Shown: positions 50,336 through 61,190, counted from the stretch's first letter. The stretch is 64,000 nt of DNA from Amphiscolops sp. MND2022 (GCA_964187785.1 OZ076410.1:63736001-63800000), one strand, 5' to 3'. Notes: a model not told the origin generated them from the sequence alone. A program made the numbers and translations.

Positions 50336-53300
50336 GTTGCCCGCTCAGGCGCCAAATGTCTTTCAACAAAAGGCGGGCAGTTACAGTGTATGGCGCGACA
50401 AGACCAATGGGATCATACACTGCGGACACTAAGCTAAGAACAATACGCTGTGTAATTGGTCGATTCAGGTCAGGCGTGGAGCCTCTGCTGACAACCAAAG
50501 TGTCACGACTGTGGTTCCATTTCAAGCCCAATACATGAGAAGTCTCTTCGTCTGTTACTAAGACTTTCTCGGTAGATTCGGTAGACGGTTGGGAACTCGG
50601 GTCAACGTAGTTAACCAAACTTGGGACATTGCTGACAAACTTGGTTAGTTTGAAACCGCCTTTTGCTAACATTTCAACGAGATCTTGAGCCTTCTTGGTT
50701 GCTTCGTTGACGGTTGGGCTTGACTCAAGATAATCGTCCATGTAAAAATGGTTTTCCACACTGTTAGCGGCTTCAAGGAATTGGGTTCGGTTGTCACGTG
50801 CAGTCTGTTGCAACGCGTAGTTGGCACACGTTGGTGAATCCTTAGAACCAAAAATGTGACGTACGTATTGGTACACAGCGACATCTGTTGCTGGGTCCTC
50901 CCGCCACAGAAAACGAAGAGACGGTCGGTCTTCAGGGATCACACCAACTTGTAAAAACATTCCCTCGATGTCAGCGGATACGGCATAGGGATGTTGTCGG
51001 AATCGCATGAGCACATGGATTAACGTCTGCAACAAGTCTGGGCCAGTTAAAAGTTTGCTGTTCAGCGAAACACCATGAAATTTCGCTGCACCATTGAGTA
51101 CACGGCGTACTTTTCCTGGCTTGTGAGGGTGAAACACTGGGTGGTGCGGTAGGTACCACTCACGCGGGTTGTCAACTCTAAAACAGTCTGACTTGTCGAC
51201 TTGAACGATGTATCCCTTGTCGAAGTCGTCCTTAATGGTCTGAGCGTAGCTCGCTTTCAGTTCAGAAGTTTTTTCGAGTCGGCGTTCAAGGGATTTCAAC
51301 TGCACTAAGGCTGAAAAATAGTTGTTCGGGAGACTACTCTCGTCATCAGCCCACAACATACCGACCTGATATCGGCATCCGTCATGATATGTTGTTTCTT
51401 GTAGAATCTTCGACGCTCTAGCATCGGCAGCAGAGCGCGGGTCTACTTGTTTCATTGCAGCAAAAGACTCCATTTCGTACCAACTCCGAAGTTGGTCGGC
51501 CAACTTGGAGTCACTCTCACTTTGCGTGACGGCTTTGAAGCAAGTCGAGACGAGTCCCGAAGTCGAAGGCAGAGGTCCACTCAAAACCCAACCCAACGGT
51601 AATCGGACGGCGATTGGAGTATTTTTTCGGTCGGATTCAAAATACTCCAACGGGCGGATTGAGTGGAACACGTCCTGACCCAGTATCATTTCGACGTCTC
51701 CGTAGCTGTACTTGCTCAGAGCAACGGGCTCCAAGTGAGGGTACTGTTGTTTCAATTGGTCAACATCAATGACATCATTTCCAACATGCAAGTTTTTTCT
51801 GACGTAAGGTTTGACATCAAAAGTAGAGCAAGAGCCACCCGAATGAACAGGCGTCAACTTAAGCTCAACTATTTGAGTGTCAACAACTTGTTGCGAATTG
51901 ATGCCATGAACGGTTAGTTTGGTCGGTAAGCCCTTTACGTTCAACTTGGTTGCGAGATCTTCGGAGATCCAAGAGTGACTGCAGGCGGAGTCACACAGGG
52001 CCAAAACTTTGACGGAGGTGGTTGGTGTATGAACTTCAACTTCGGTTATTTGAAGAAGTCCTTTCACATCGCTCACGGAACAAACTCCGGAGCTTTCTCC
52101 TGCTTTGTTCACTGTTATTTTGGGGCTACGTGATCCAGTTGCTTGATTAGTGGACGGTTTCGGTGTTGTTCTTGGTTGAAAAACTCTCTCCGCGCCATGT
52201 AGCAGGGTGTTGTGAGAGCTGTTACATCCATCTTTGTTGCACTTGCGTGGTTGCGGACATTGTCGGAAAGAATGGTTTCCTTTCAGACAGGAGAAACAAA
52301 GTTTGTTTTCGGCAACAATCTTTGCTCTGTCGGTCGGCGTTTTATCAAGCAACACGCGACAGCGCCACAGTGGATGGTTGTCTTTGCACACAATACAGTT
52401 TAGTTGCACTCGGTTAGGCTTGGTTCCGGTTCCGTTTGAAGATGCGCTAGAAGCAGCAGAGGCAAAAACTTTCGCACCAGTTTTTGTTCGAGTAACGGAT
52501 GGCGCACTTTCATCGTTCTTGGGTTTTGTGGCTGAGACTTTCATCCTCTCGTGTTCCTCGGCCTTATCTTTCAACCATTCATTAAAATCTAAGAGAGTTG
52601 GTCGACTCCAATCTTTCTTGACAGTGTGCATAGACCAGGCTTCCTTCATGTTCGGGGGGAGTTTCTGTACTGCTTGGCCCAAAAGTGCCGCACTCGACAA
52701 GTCGTGTTCGTACTTCAAGGAGCGAAAAACTCCTACCAACGCCGAAATCGTCGCAGAGAAGGCAATCACGTTCTCACTGTTATGCATTTTCAATGGTGGG
52801 AAGCCACTCAGTTTCTCTAGGTGAGCGCTTACCACTGCGTGCGGTTGACCAAACTTACGTTCAAGAGTCTTCAATGCATCTTGGTACATTGTGCCACAGT
52901 AAGCAAACTCAGCTATCGCTGTCTTGGCCTTGCCAGTTACAAGCGTTTTCAAATACGTAAGTTTCACATCGTTCGAGAGTGGTGCGGAGTCGATAGCACT
53001 TTTAAATTGACCAATCCACTCGTGCCATTGCAGTGGGTCTCCGTTGTATTGCTCTAGTTTCCACTCAGGAAGATGGTCTTTTTTGGCAGCAGTCAGTAGT
53101 TGTGCAAGATCTTGGATAGTAACTGCTGTTGGCGTTGCAGGGGGAACGGTTGACTGAACTGTAGTCGGAAATGTCGGAAAGGGAACATTTACTGTGGCTG
53201 TTGTAGACGGTGGAACCGGGAAAGTCATTGATGGGGTTGTTGTCGCAAGCGGATTACAATAGAAAGTTGTTCCTCCGCTTTGAATTGGTACAACTGGTGT

Positions 53301-54611
53301 AAAAATCCCCGTTGTTGTCACGATCGGTGTTGCAGTTGTGCTCGGTAGCATAACTTGTCCTCTTACAGGCTGCGGAACTGGAGCATGTACTGTGGGGAAG
53401 CTACTCGGAGCCGGAAAAGTCCAAGCGGACAAGTTCGGTATGACATGGCTCGTTGGAATGTTGACTTGAGTCCTTGTCGTAGCCGGAGCGACAGAAGGTT
53501 GTACTTGAGGGAACATAGTCAGAGGTTGCTGATTAACCACTGGCACTGTCACGGAAGAAACAGTGTTCGATGTGGTGTTCACAGTTGGTAGTTGAAGCAT
53601 GGGCAGTGGGTTAACCGCAGCAAGTAAAGGTGGAGTACTGTTTGGCCTCGGAATTGTAGAATTAGACGAAATGCCGATTTGGGGAATCTGGCTTTGTCTC
53701 GGCCCAATATTACCATCAGCTAATGATCTCATTTCTAGCGTTGCTTGTCGCATTCGAACAACATCGTTTGATTCAAGAATGACTGCGGTGTTCGACGATC
53801 CAGGTACATTGTTTAAATCAACTGTATTGGTCTGCGGTTGATTTGAAACACTATCAGGTTCATTGACTTCATTAACCCAGTCAGACACTCTCTGGGACGT
53901 GGTTTGCTTCGAGTGTTTACTAATCCGAGACAGAGTTTCATGAAATTCGTCGGTCACTTGAGACAAGTCGTCAGTTAATTCCAATTCTGTGAGCTTAGCT
54001 TCGGCAAGTTTTCGTCTGTTTTCTTCTTCTAGTTCTTCCAATTGGAGAGCTTGCTCTTCTTCCAACCGCTCTTTTTCGCGTTCCAATTGTTTTCGAGCGA
54101 CCTCTTGCTTCTGTTTAGCCAAACGAATGGCGTTCGCATTTTGTCGTTCTAGTTCTTCTCGTCGCTGCGTTGCTAGAAGAAGGTCCTTTTGTCGTTGGCT
54201 CGATGTTTTCGTTCTACCAGAAGTCGATGATCTTTTGGATGCGCTTTTGTTAACTGTGCCGACGGATGAGTGGGACTTTACATCGGATTCAGTGCAACTG
54301 TCGATGTATTCACGAGCTTTTCTCAAAACTTCGTCATTTTGCTCAGTGACTTCACTCAACCATTTCTCTAAATCGGCTTGAATTGCTCCCGAGTAAGACG
54401 TTTTTGATGCAAGGGTAATCAACTGTTCGTTTCTGTTGAAAGCTTTTGTCATTGCATCTTCAGTTTCTTTGACAAGACGTTCAACTCGAACTCTTCGATC
54501 TCCATTTGTAATGGAATCGAGTATCTTCTGTTGGAGTGTATTCAATTCAGTCTGCGCCTTCAACCGATTTTCGTGAAGTTTTTGAACTTTTTCGTGTTGG
54601 GGATCTGTCAT
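50223..54611 (-). CDS. BEL-2 Gag-PR-RT polyprotein, truncated by the deletion at ~50330
   Basis: ATG at 54611, coiled-coil and P/T-rich N-terminus, WKLEQYNGDPLQW, three Cys-His boxes (CIVC..H..C, CFSC..H..C, C...C...H..LLH), ALCDSACS protease, HFYMDDYL RT. It shifts frame after QQWDE. Confidence 0.95.
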   Translation of the reverse strand: MTDPQHEKVQKLHENRLKAQTELNTLQQKILDSITNGDRRVRVERLVKETEDAMTKAFNRNEQLITLASKTSYSGAIQADLEKWLSEVTEQNDEVLRKAREYIDSCTESDVKSHSSVGTVNKSASKRSSTSGRTKTSSQRQKDLLLATQRREELERQNANAIRLAKQKQEVARKQLEREKERLEEEQALQLEELEEENRRKLAEAKLTELELTDDLSQVTDEFHETLSRISKHSKQTTSQRVSDWVNEVNEPDSVSNQPQTNTVDLNNVPGSSNTAVILESNDVVRMRQATLEMRSLADGNIGPRQSQIPQIGISSNSTIPRPNSTPPLLAAVNPLPMLQLPTVNTTSNTVSSVTVPVVNQQPLTMFPQVQPSVAPATTRTQVNIPTSHVIPNLSAWTFPAPSSFPTVHAPVPQPVRGQVMLPSTTATPIVTTTGIFTPVVPIQSGGTTFYCNPLATTTPSMTFPVPPSTTATVNVPFPTFPTTVQSTVPPATPTAVTIQDLAQLLTAAKKDHLPEWKLEQYNGDPLQWHEWIGQFKSAIDSAPLSNDVKLTYLKTLVTGKAKTAIAEFAYCGTMYQDALKTLERKFGQPHAVVSAHLEKLSGFPPLKMHNSENVIAFSATISALVGVFRSLKYEHDLSSAALLGQAVQKLPPNMKEAWSMHTVKKDWSRPTLLDFNEWLKDKAEEHERMKVSATKPKNDESAPSVTRTKTGAKVFASAASSASSNGTGTKPNRVQLNCIVCKDNHPLWRCRVLLDKTPTDRAKIVAENKLCFSCLKGNHSFRQCPQPRKCNKDGCNSSHNTLLHGAERVFQPRTTPKPSTNQATGSRSPKITVNKAGESSGVCSVSDVKGLLQITEVEVHTPTTSVKVLALCDSACSHSWISEDLATKLNVKGLPTKLTVHGINSQQVVDTQIVELKLTPVHSGGSCSTFDVKPYVRKNLHVGNDVIDVDQLKQQYPHLEPVALSKYSYGDVEMILGQDVFHSIRPLEYFESDRKNTPIAVRLPLGWVLSGPLPSTSGLVSTCFKAVTQSESDSKLADQLRSWYEMESFAAMKQVDPRSAADARASKILQETTYHDGCRYQVGMLWADDESSLPNNYFSALVQLKSLERRLEKTSELKASYAQTIKDDFDKGYIVQVDKSDCFRVDNPREWYLPHHPVFHPHKPGKVRRVLNGAAKFHGVSLNSKLLTGPDLLQTLIHVLMRFRQHPYAVSADIEGMFLQVGVIPEDRPSLRFLWREDPATDVAVYQYVRHIFGSKDSPTCANYALQQTARDNRTQFLEAANSVENHFYMDDYLESSPTVNEATKKAQDLVEMLAKGGFKLTKFVSNVPSLVNYVDPSSQPSTESTEKVLVTDEETSHVLGLKWNHSRDTLVVSRGSTPDLNRPITQRIVLSLVSAVYDPIGLVAPYTVTARLLLKDIWRLSGQQWDELCCNRERITPERSQVESSINCRIHGKERCQLEI

Positions 54612-54844
54612 CTTGCCTGTTTTTTTTTGTTTGTTTAGGCTAAAAGAAGACAATCACGTTGGGTCGCACGGTGTACGACAGATTAAAAAAGGAACACGCT
54701 GCTGTTTAGGGTGGGAGTTCCTTCTGAACATCAACCGAGCAGTTAAGCTCGGACACAGCACAGAAAGGAAAGGAGGAAGCGGGTTGCAGCGTCAACCGGT
54801 CAGTTAAGTCCGGACACAGCTACAACTCGAGACGCGAGGATAGT

Positions 54845-55447
54845 TTACTCGTTGGCAGCAGACAACGTGTTTTTTATCGCCTTGCGGGCGCGTTTAGAGG
54901 GGCGTTTGGGGCAACTACGGGCAGTAATTTGTGATAAATCATTTTCATTCTTCAAAACAAGATTCAGATGTTTCAATTCTATATCAGGACTCTGGTGCAA
55001 CGCCTTCAAGTTTTGCAAATAATCGAGATCTTTTTGCTTACGCAGCGAGATAAAATCTTTTTCAATGTGCAGTACAAGAATGTTTGTCTCTTTCAATTGC
55101 AAGAAAATATCAGGCGTTCGATTCCGTTGGCAGTACACAAGAGCCCTGATTCTGTGTTGATAGGATTTCAGAACATTTATCAAGTCAATTAATGACAAGG
55201 CACGATAAAAGTTGCTTTTATGTTTACAGATGCTGTTATTAATGACGTCGTGCCAAATTATCAGTTCTTTTTCGTCTTTGAAATCCTTTTCAATCAGGTT
55301 TTGTACTACCTTTTTAGCATTTTTTGCGTGAATGTTGAAACTCAGGCCCGGAATGGAGTAAACTTTTTCTTTTATTGCTGTTTGATTTTCAGGGTTAACG
55401 GTTTCTATTGCGTGATGCAAAGAACTTGCGGCCAAAATTCGCACCAT
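54845..55447 (-). CDS. ORF X: intact 200-aa extra ORF upstream of gag, SGNH/esterase-like motifs (fold inferred)
   Basis: Open ATG-to-stop frame inside BEL-2 between PBS and gag. Motifs ILAASSL, SIPGLS, IIWHDVINNS and ALHQSP are spaced like SGNH blocks I, II, III and V. Homologues occur in the other two BEL elements. Confidence 0.85.
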   Translation of the reverse strand: MVRILAASSLHHAIETVNPENQTAIKEKVYSIPGLSFNIHAKNAKKVVQNLIEKDFKDEKELIIWHDVINNSICKHKSNFYRALSLIDLINVLKSYQHRIRALVYCQRNRTPDIFLQLKETNILVLHIEKDFISLRKQKDLDYLQNLKALHQSPDIELKHLNLVLKNENDLSQITARSCPKRPSKRARKAIKNTLSAANE

Positions 55448-57351
55448 TTACTTTTATGGCATTTTTCTACTAATCTTTTTTACAATTATCGGGAATTTTG
55501 TTTTTTTTTGAGCAATAGATGTGTTTTTTTTCCAAATGTCCTCACTGAGGTTTCTTTTGTGTTTTTTGTGGTAGTTTACAAAATTTCTTTCTGCACAACA
55601 AAACGCATTTTTCCACTGTGAAGCACAGTGTTTCCCAGAATATAGTTTGGTTTTAAGGTCTTGCTACCGAGTATATTATAGCACACATAATGAACATTGA
55701 GTACTGCAAATTAATTTAATGCCAAATTTAAATTTCAACTAGTTTTTTTTCGACTTTCCCATAAGTCTTGTCTTAATTTACTCACGAGTTTGGGGTGTTT
55801 CCTCGTCTAGATTTTCTGATGGGCCATGGGGAATATGGTTTTCATCTGTCGGGAATAAATGCATCAAAGGGTGTGTTGGAATGACAGATCGAGTTCCCAG
55901 GTGGTCGCTGGTTGCCTTCTTGAGTTCACAAATAGCCCTGCTCGTGCGGGAGGTCACGGGTTGCCTTCTGCAGGTCAAGTGTTAGAAAGTCCCTCTGCTG
56001 TCGTTACGTGACTGTGGGGGATTGGCAGGGCACCCTTTCTGAGAACCGGCGTCACTTCACTGGGGGTAATCGAGTCAACGTCTGTGGGTAGCAGAGTCTA
56101 CTTGCTTCTAATAATTGTCGATGAAGTTGAATGATGTGTAAGCTTCATTCCAATAATTGAATTGATGTGTGAATTCCAATAGTTGAAGTGATGTGTATGC
56201 TTCTTTTCGGCGAAATGTAATCGTTAATGATATCGAGTTTCTATATTATGGGCCTCTCTATGGCCACCATGTAAAAGTCTAAGTTTCTATAGACTTTGGT
56301 TCAAAAGAAGCAGTTGAACAATATCTTTATATCGTTTTTTACGGCCATAAACTGTGACAAATCGCGGCAAATGATACTAAATAATGGTGAAATTATTGCA
56401 TTCGCAGACAAATGAGCATTATTCAATTTCCAATATTTGCAAACATTAACAAACAATAACAAACAATAGCTAGCAAGACCTTTTTATGCATATTTTCAAG
56501 GTTATTCGGAATACATATTTGCAAAAATCAGAGATATTTTGAATATTTGGGTATTTTCGGTCCAAATATTTGACGGTCCCGGGAATCGAACCGATGATCT
56601 TACGGTTGAGAGGCTACTACGCTACCTCTGCGCTAAATTGCCTTATTATTTGCTTAATTTAAATTCATCTTATTTGTATTGCGCCGCAACATTTCTTTAT
56701 CGTTGAACACTGGATTTTCAAACAAACAAAAAAATCAAAACATTCATAAAAGCTTACAAAATTGAAAAGTAAAAGTGAAAGTTGTCATTTTCAACATGAA
56801 ACTTCCTTTTGATTTCTAGACATTTCTCCAAAAAAGTTCAACTATCTCCGGAATTACATATGCTACGAACCTTTTTTTCATTGTATCGTGAAGTATGAAT
56901 TTAAGTATTTCGAGACTATTCAGAGAATCGTGTCTCTTCAGTATGAATTTAAGTATTTAGAGACTAACGGATTTTTCTCAAGAAAAAGAAATGTTTTGGA
57001 TTTGAAAATTATGACACACCTCTCCAAGCAATTTCGCAATAAACAGGGCGTCAAATATGTTGTTTCCTACTTGCTCCACTCTTCTCATAACACATGTCGA
57101 GCATGAGCAACTAATGAAGCAGCGTAGGTTTTTGAATAAAATTACTGACGGTGATGTTACAAAAGCTGACACCGGATTAAATTATTTTTGCGTTCCTTCT
57201 TAAAATAGAAAAATCTCAAAAAGGAATGCGAATTTGTCTGAACTGGACAACTCACTAAAAAGCATCTTCATAGAACAGATCTGATACGACATTAAATTAG
57301 TTCAGGTCTATTTGTAAGTTGCTTTACATTTTCATCGGCAAAGCTACTTAC

Positions 57352-57601
57352 TGTTTATATCGAGTGCTTTGTAGATAACTGTGTAATATTCCCTATCCTT
57401 ATAGTAATAGGTAAAGAAGTTGAAAGAAGAGTGTCGAGGTAAAATCACGGCTTTGTCGGTGTGGTCAAAAAACGGGGCTTGTGAGTCGTAAACTTGAACC
57501 TGTAGAGTTTCACTGGACCCCCAAGTGGCAGAATGGGTGTTAGGGTCATCGCTCACTAGAAGCTCCTCATCCATGGATAAATATGGTTCCGAAACAATTC
57601 C
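57352..57601 (-). CDS. Internal exon of the EF-hand gene (GIVSEPY...YKALDIN)
   Basis: Acceptor ttttatAAG, donor GTAAGT at 57351, 250 nt open, ending in phase 1 to match the 33359 exon. Confidence 0.75.
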
Positions 57602-58151
57602 CTTATAAAAGCAGTGATGACCTTTGTTCCGAAAAGTAGCACAGTTCCGAAAATAACACTCATTTTAATCCTAATAAGTATGAAAAATTACGAATGGGGA
57701 GACCACTCTTCCGACCAATTTGCCAGCTTGTAGAATTTTTGTTGCAGAATTTCGGTGTTTTGGCATTCGGCACAAAATGGTCATTTCGACCTAACTGAAA
57801 AAAAACACGACGAAAAGTCACTATACTAGTCGCGTCTCATTTTATGAAGCGCCGACAAAAACACTTGGTTAGTTGAAGCTAGCCTTCTAAATCCATATAT
57901 GAACCAGTTGCATGGTTCAATGAATCGGTAGTTATGCTCATCTGAATAATGTTTCAAATTATTGAAAATAATAGTTTATGGCAAACAAGATGCTATTTTT
58001 TTGACATTGTGACTCTTGAGAAGTTTGGACATCAGTTCAATACCCTGGCATTTAATTCGTGAGAAAGATTTAAAAAATGGAGGTTATATTGCATGTTTAT
58101 TGAACAGTTAAGTCAGATTCACTGATCAAATAATAATGATATGATCATCAC

Positions 58152-58433
58152 TGGTTTTTGGGGCGTAGAAAAGGGACGCAAATGGTGGTTCGACAGACCA
58201 ATTTGTTCAGATTCCCCGTATTGGCTAGTATCTTGGTTGTACCTGGGTAAGTACGCAGGACCACGCAGATTTGGGTTCTGGAACATACCACCTTGGTTTA
58301 CTGGCATGAACCCGGTTTGCGTGTTTTGAGGGAGCTTCTTTGGCAAGTAGGTAACGCGAGAATCAGTTGGGGGTATATCCATTGAGATCAAAATTATTGC
58401 ACAGACTAATTTCAGAACAAACTTTTCTTTGAT
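58152..58433 (-). CDS. Probable upstream exon of the EF-hand gene (hydrophobic FVLKLVCAIILIS, then a P/Q/G-rich region)
   Basis: Open frame, candidate acceptor cttcAG at 58434, weak donor GTGATG at 58151, phase 0 compatible with the next exon. Boundaries and start are uncertain. Confidence 0.5.
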
Positions 58434-60123
58434 CTGAAGATGGAATTTGATCGAAGACAGCTGGGCTAAAAAGTAATGCATTAATCCCCGAAAGTTGAAT
58501 TAACACCCATACAGTAGTATTTGCTCATTCGTGGATTTTGTAACAACCAGTTTGTTGGAAAGCAATTTGGAATGGAATTGTTCGAACGCTAGAGCTCAAT
58601 TTCCAATAAATTGGCGGTAGCCAATCACATTTCAGTGACTCCCGTGTTTCCAAATTTGTTCAAAGCAGTTTTTTATTGCCAGTGTGAAAGAAGTGTGAAT
58701 GAAAAGCGATCAAATTTTAACTGGTTGCTATTTGGTGGGACGTGAATAACAAAGTGGTCCATCAACCCAATGTCGTATAAAATATTTGACACGTGAATAC
58801 CAGAGAATTTGAAGATTAATGAAAGGTGATTGAAAAACGTGTGAAATGAATCATTAGTGTGATTTTACTCATATCAATTTTCACAAAACTAAGTTTTTAT
58901 TGCGCAGACTGAAGTACTGGAAATTGGTGCCGGCGCGGCTTTATGTGCAATCTTCAGTTCACTGATCTAATAAGTGGCTCTAAAGTTTCAGAATTTCATT
59001 TATAAATCGATATCAAATTATCAGTAAAACAACATTCGATTACAAAATAACCAGTTGGGTTTCTGTATAAACTCACGAATCAAAAATGCCTGATGCTTAA
59101 AATAACAATGTGCACTGCTTCTCAACTCGTACTTCAAATGAGAGGCCATAAAAACACAGCACTGGCGTAATTTTATCTGTCTTAACTATTTATCGGAGTT
59201 TCAAATTCTTTCGAATATTTGGTTGGCTCTTGATAAAGCAGAGAGGCCAATTGAACAGAGTCAGGTGTAATCGATAATTCCTTGACAGCGCCATCTTGAG
59301 ATGAATAGTGACTAGACTCATATCTTCAAATCACCCAAAAGTACCCGAACAGAAACCAAATAAAAACAAAACGCTTAATCCATCGCCCCTTTCATAACTT
59401 TTAATATCCAATAAGCAAGTACTTCAAAATCAACAACAGATATTCAATTTGAAAAGATAAAATATCTTGATATTTTAGGTTACCAAGAAAAAACGAAAGA
59501 GTATTTTTCCAGGGTTAGGATAATACAAAGGAACCAAAATCCAAAAGATGGCCGTCTATTTTTCTCAAGACTACCTGCAAGTTTCAAAGCACCACAAACA
59601 GCGTAGCCACAAAACATGCTCAATGCAGCAGCTTGTAGCTCATTTTTTTTTCAATTATATTCTTTTCGACAAGTGACTGAACGTAATTAAATCTAGTTAA
59701 ACATTCATAACTTAGCTCAAATTATCAAATTAACCAACAGGTGATTGAATGATACAATTGATAGAGAAGTACATGCGATAGAAACAAATACACCATCGCT
59801 GAAAGCTAAATTTCAACGCTCGTTATGTACAAAAACTCTTTTCACAAATTCTCACAAATTCCACAAAACTTTCGACCGTAAAATTTTATTGAAGTAATCA
59901 AAAATGTAAAAAATTATTGCTTTTCAGAGACATTAACAAAACCGAACAAAGACGTTCCGTAGATTCGTGTAGTGGAATATATAAAAGAAGAAAAATAGGA
60001 AAAAGAATTATATTAAGCAGAGTTGTTCCAAAATTCAGAATTGAACTTGATGTTCATAAAAATACTTCAAACGATACTACAATATTCGTTTTGAAAAAAG
60101 TTCTAAGTTCTACATGATTTATA

Positions 60124-61190
60124 CCCGGGTTGACCCTCCATGGATATCTTAGTAAGATCTTGGCAAGATCTTGGAACAATCTTGGCTAAGATCTTGTCAA
60201 GATCTTGCCATGGTATTCATTTTGCCATGGTAAGATCTTTTCAAGACAGGCATGTATCCAAGAAAAATCTTACTAAGAATCCCAAGTTGGCAAGAAAAAT
60301 CTTAGTAAGAAGCCCAAGATGGCAAGAAAAATTTGCTACGAACTGCTTGATATAGAGAAAAAAAGCAGCATCAGAAAAACTTCAATTTAAAAGTTATTGA
60401 AATTCCAAAACTCACTTACAACTATAAAATACAAGAATCTATTCAACCATTAGAATAACATCAAAAACAACTGAAATAATGTTTTATCATCACTAAAATA
60501 AAATCTATCATCTGAAAATCACCGGGATAGCATCTAAAAACACTGAATTGAGAACCGAATCCAGAGGAACATACATGGAATAAGATCTAAAATTCCCCAG
60601 AACCACGATATTTTCTCCAATTTCATAGAAAAACCCCTGAATGGACCAAAAACCGTGTACGTCGGTACTCATTTCAGTGGAATAAGATCCTAAGCCACTG
60701 ATCACTGAAATAAGGACTTCGATCTCTGGATTAAGATCTAAAAGTTCCCCAAAATGTCGATATTTTCGCCAATTTCTTGATAACCCCTAAAATAGTCCAA
60801 AAAACCTTGTAGGTCGGTTCTCAATTCACTGTTGTAAGATCTAAAACCACTAGAATAAGTCTAAAATTACCTAGAACGACAATGATTTCTTCGATCTTAA
60901 TCCAGAGAATTTCAATCTTTGCAGGAAATCAAGGTCCAGGCTGAGAAATCGCGGAAAGACCCGGCAAAAGAATTATTATACGAATGTAGCTATTTTTAGC
61001 ATTCTTGATCGAAATTTTGAAATCTTAGAATTTTTTCAATCTTAGTAAGATTCGATCTTGGAATAATGATACATCTTGGTAAGATCTTAGTAAGAATCTT
61101 GCCATGGGATCCATGGATGCCAAGATGTAGTAAGAATTTGGTAAGATCTTGCCAAGACAGCCAAGATGTTAGTAAGAGGGTCAACCCGGG
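60124..61190. mobile_element. Non-autonomous EnSpm/CMC-like DNA transposon B
   Basis: 15-bp TIR CCCGGGTTGACCCTC, 2-bp TSD TA, and subterminal AAGATCTT repeats at both ends. Confidence 0.8.

Larger units (their letters stand above)
49076..56691 (-). mobile_element. Young BEL/Pao LTR retrotransposon (BEL-2), internally deleted
   Basis: 422-bp TG..CA LTRs (49076-49497 and 56270-56691) with no differences seen, 5-bp TSD TTTCT, PBS TGGTGGCCATAGAGAGGCC (56251-56269), PPT GGCCCGGAGGA (49498-49508). Confidence 0.98.

Noticed and set aside
52234-54381. Several 60-196-aa plus-strand ORFs over BEL-2 (and similar ones over the Gypsy)
   Set aside because: They are antisense shadows of long coding frames, with no motifs.
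55778-55978. 66-aa ORF in the BEL-2 leader
   Set aside because: It starts with TTG, not ATG, has no motif, and has no counterpart in the other BEL leaders.
56978-57172. Possible additional exon of the EF-hand gene
   Set aside because: No convincing acceptor was found, and inserting it would break the EF-hand formed by the 57352>33359 join.
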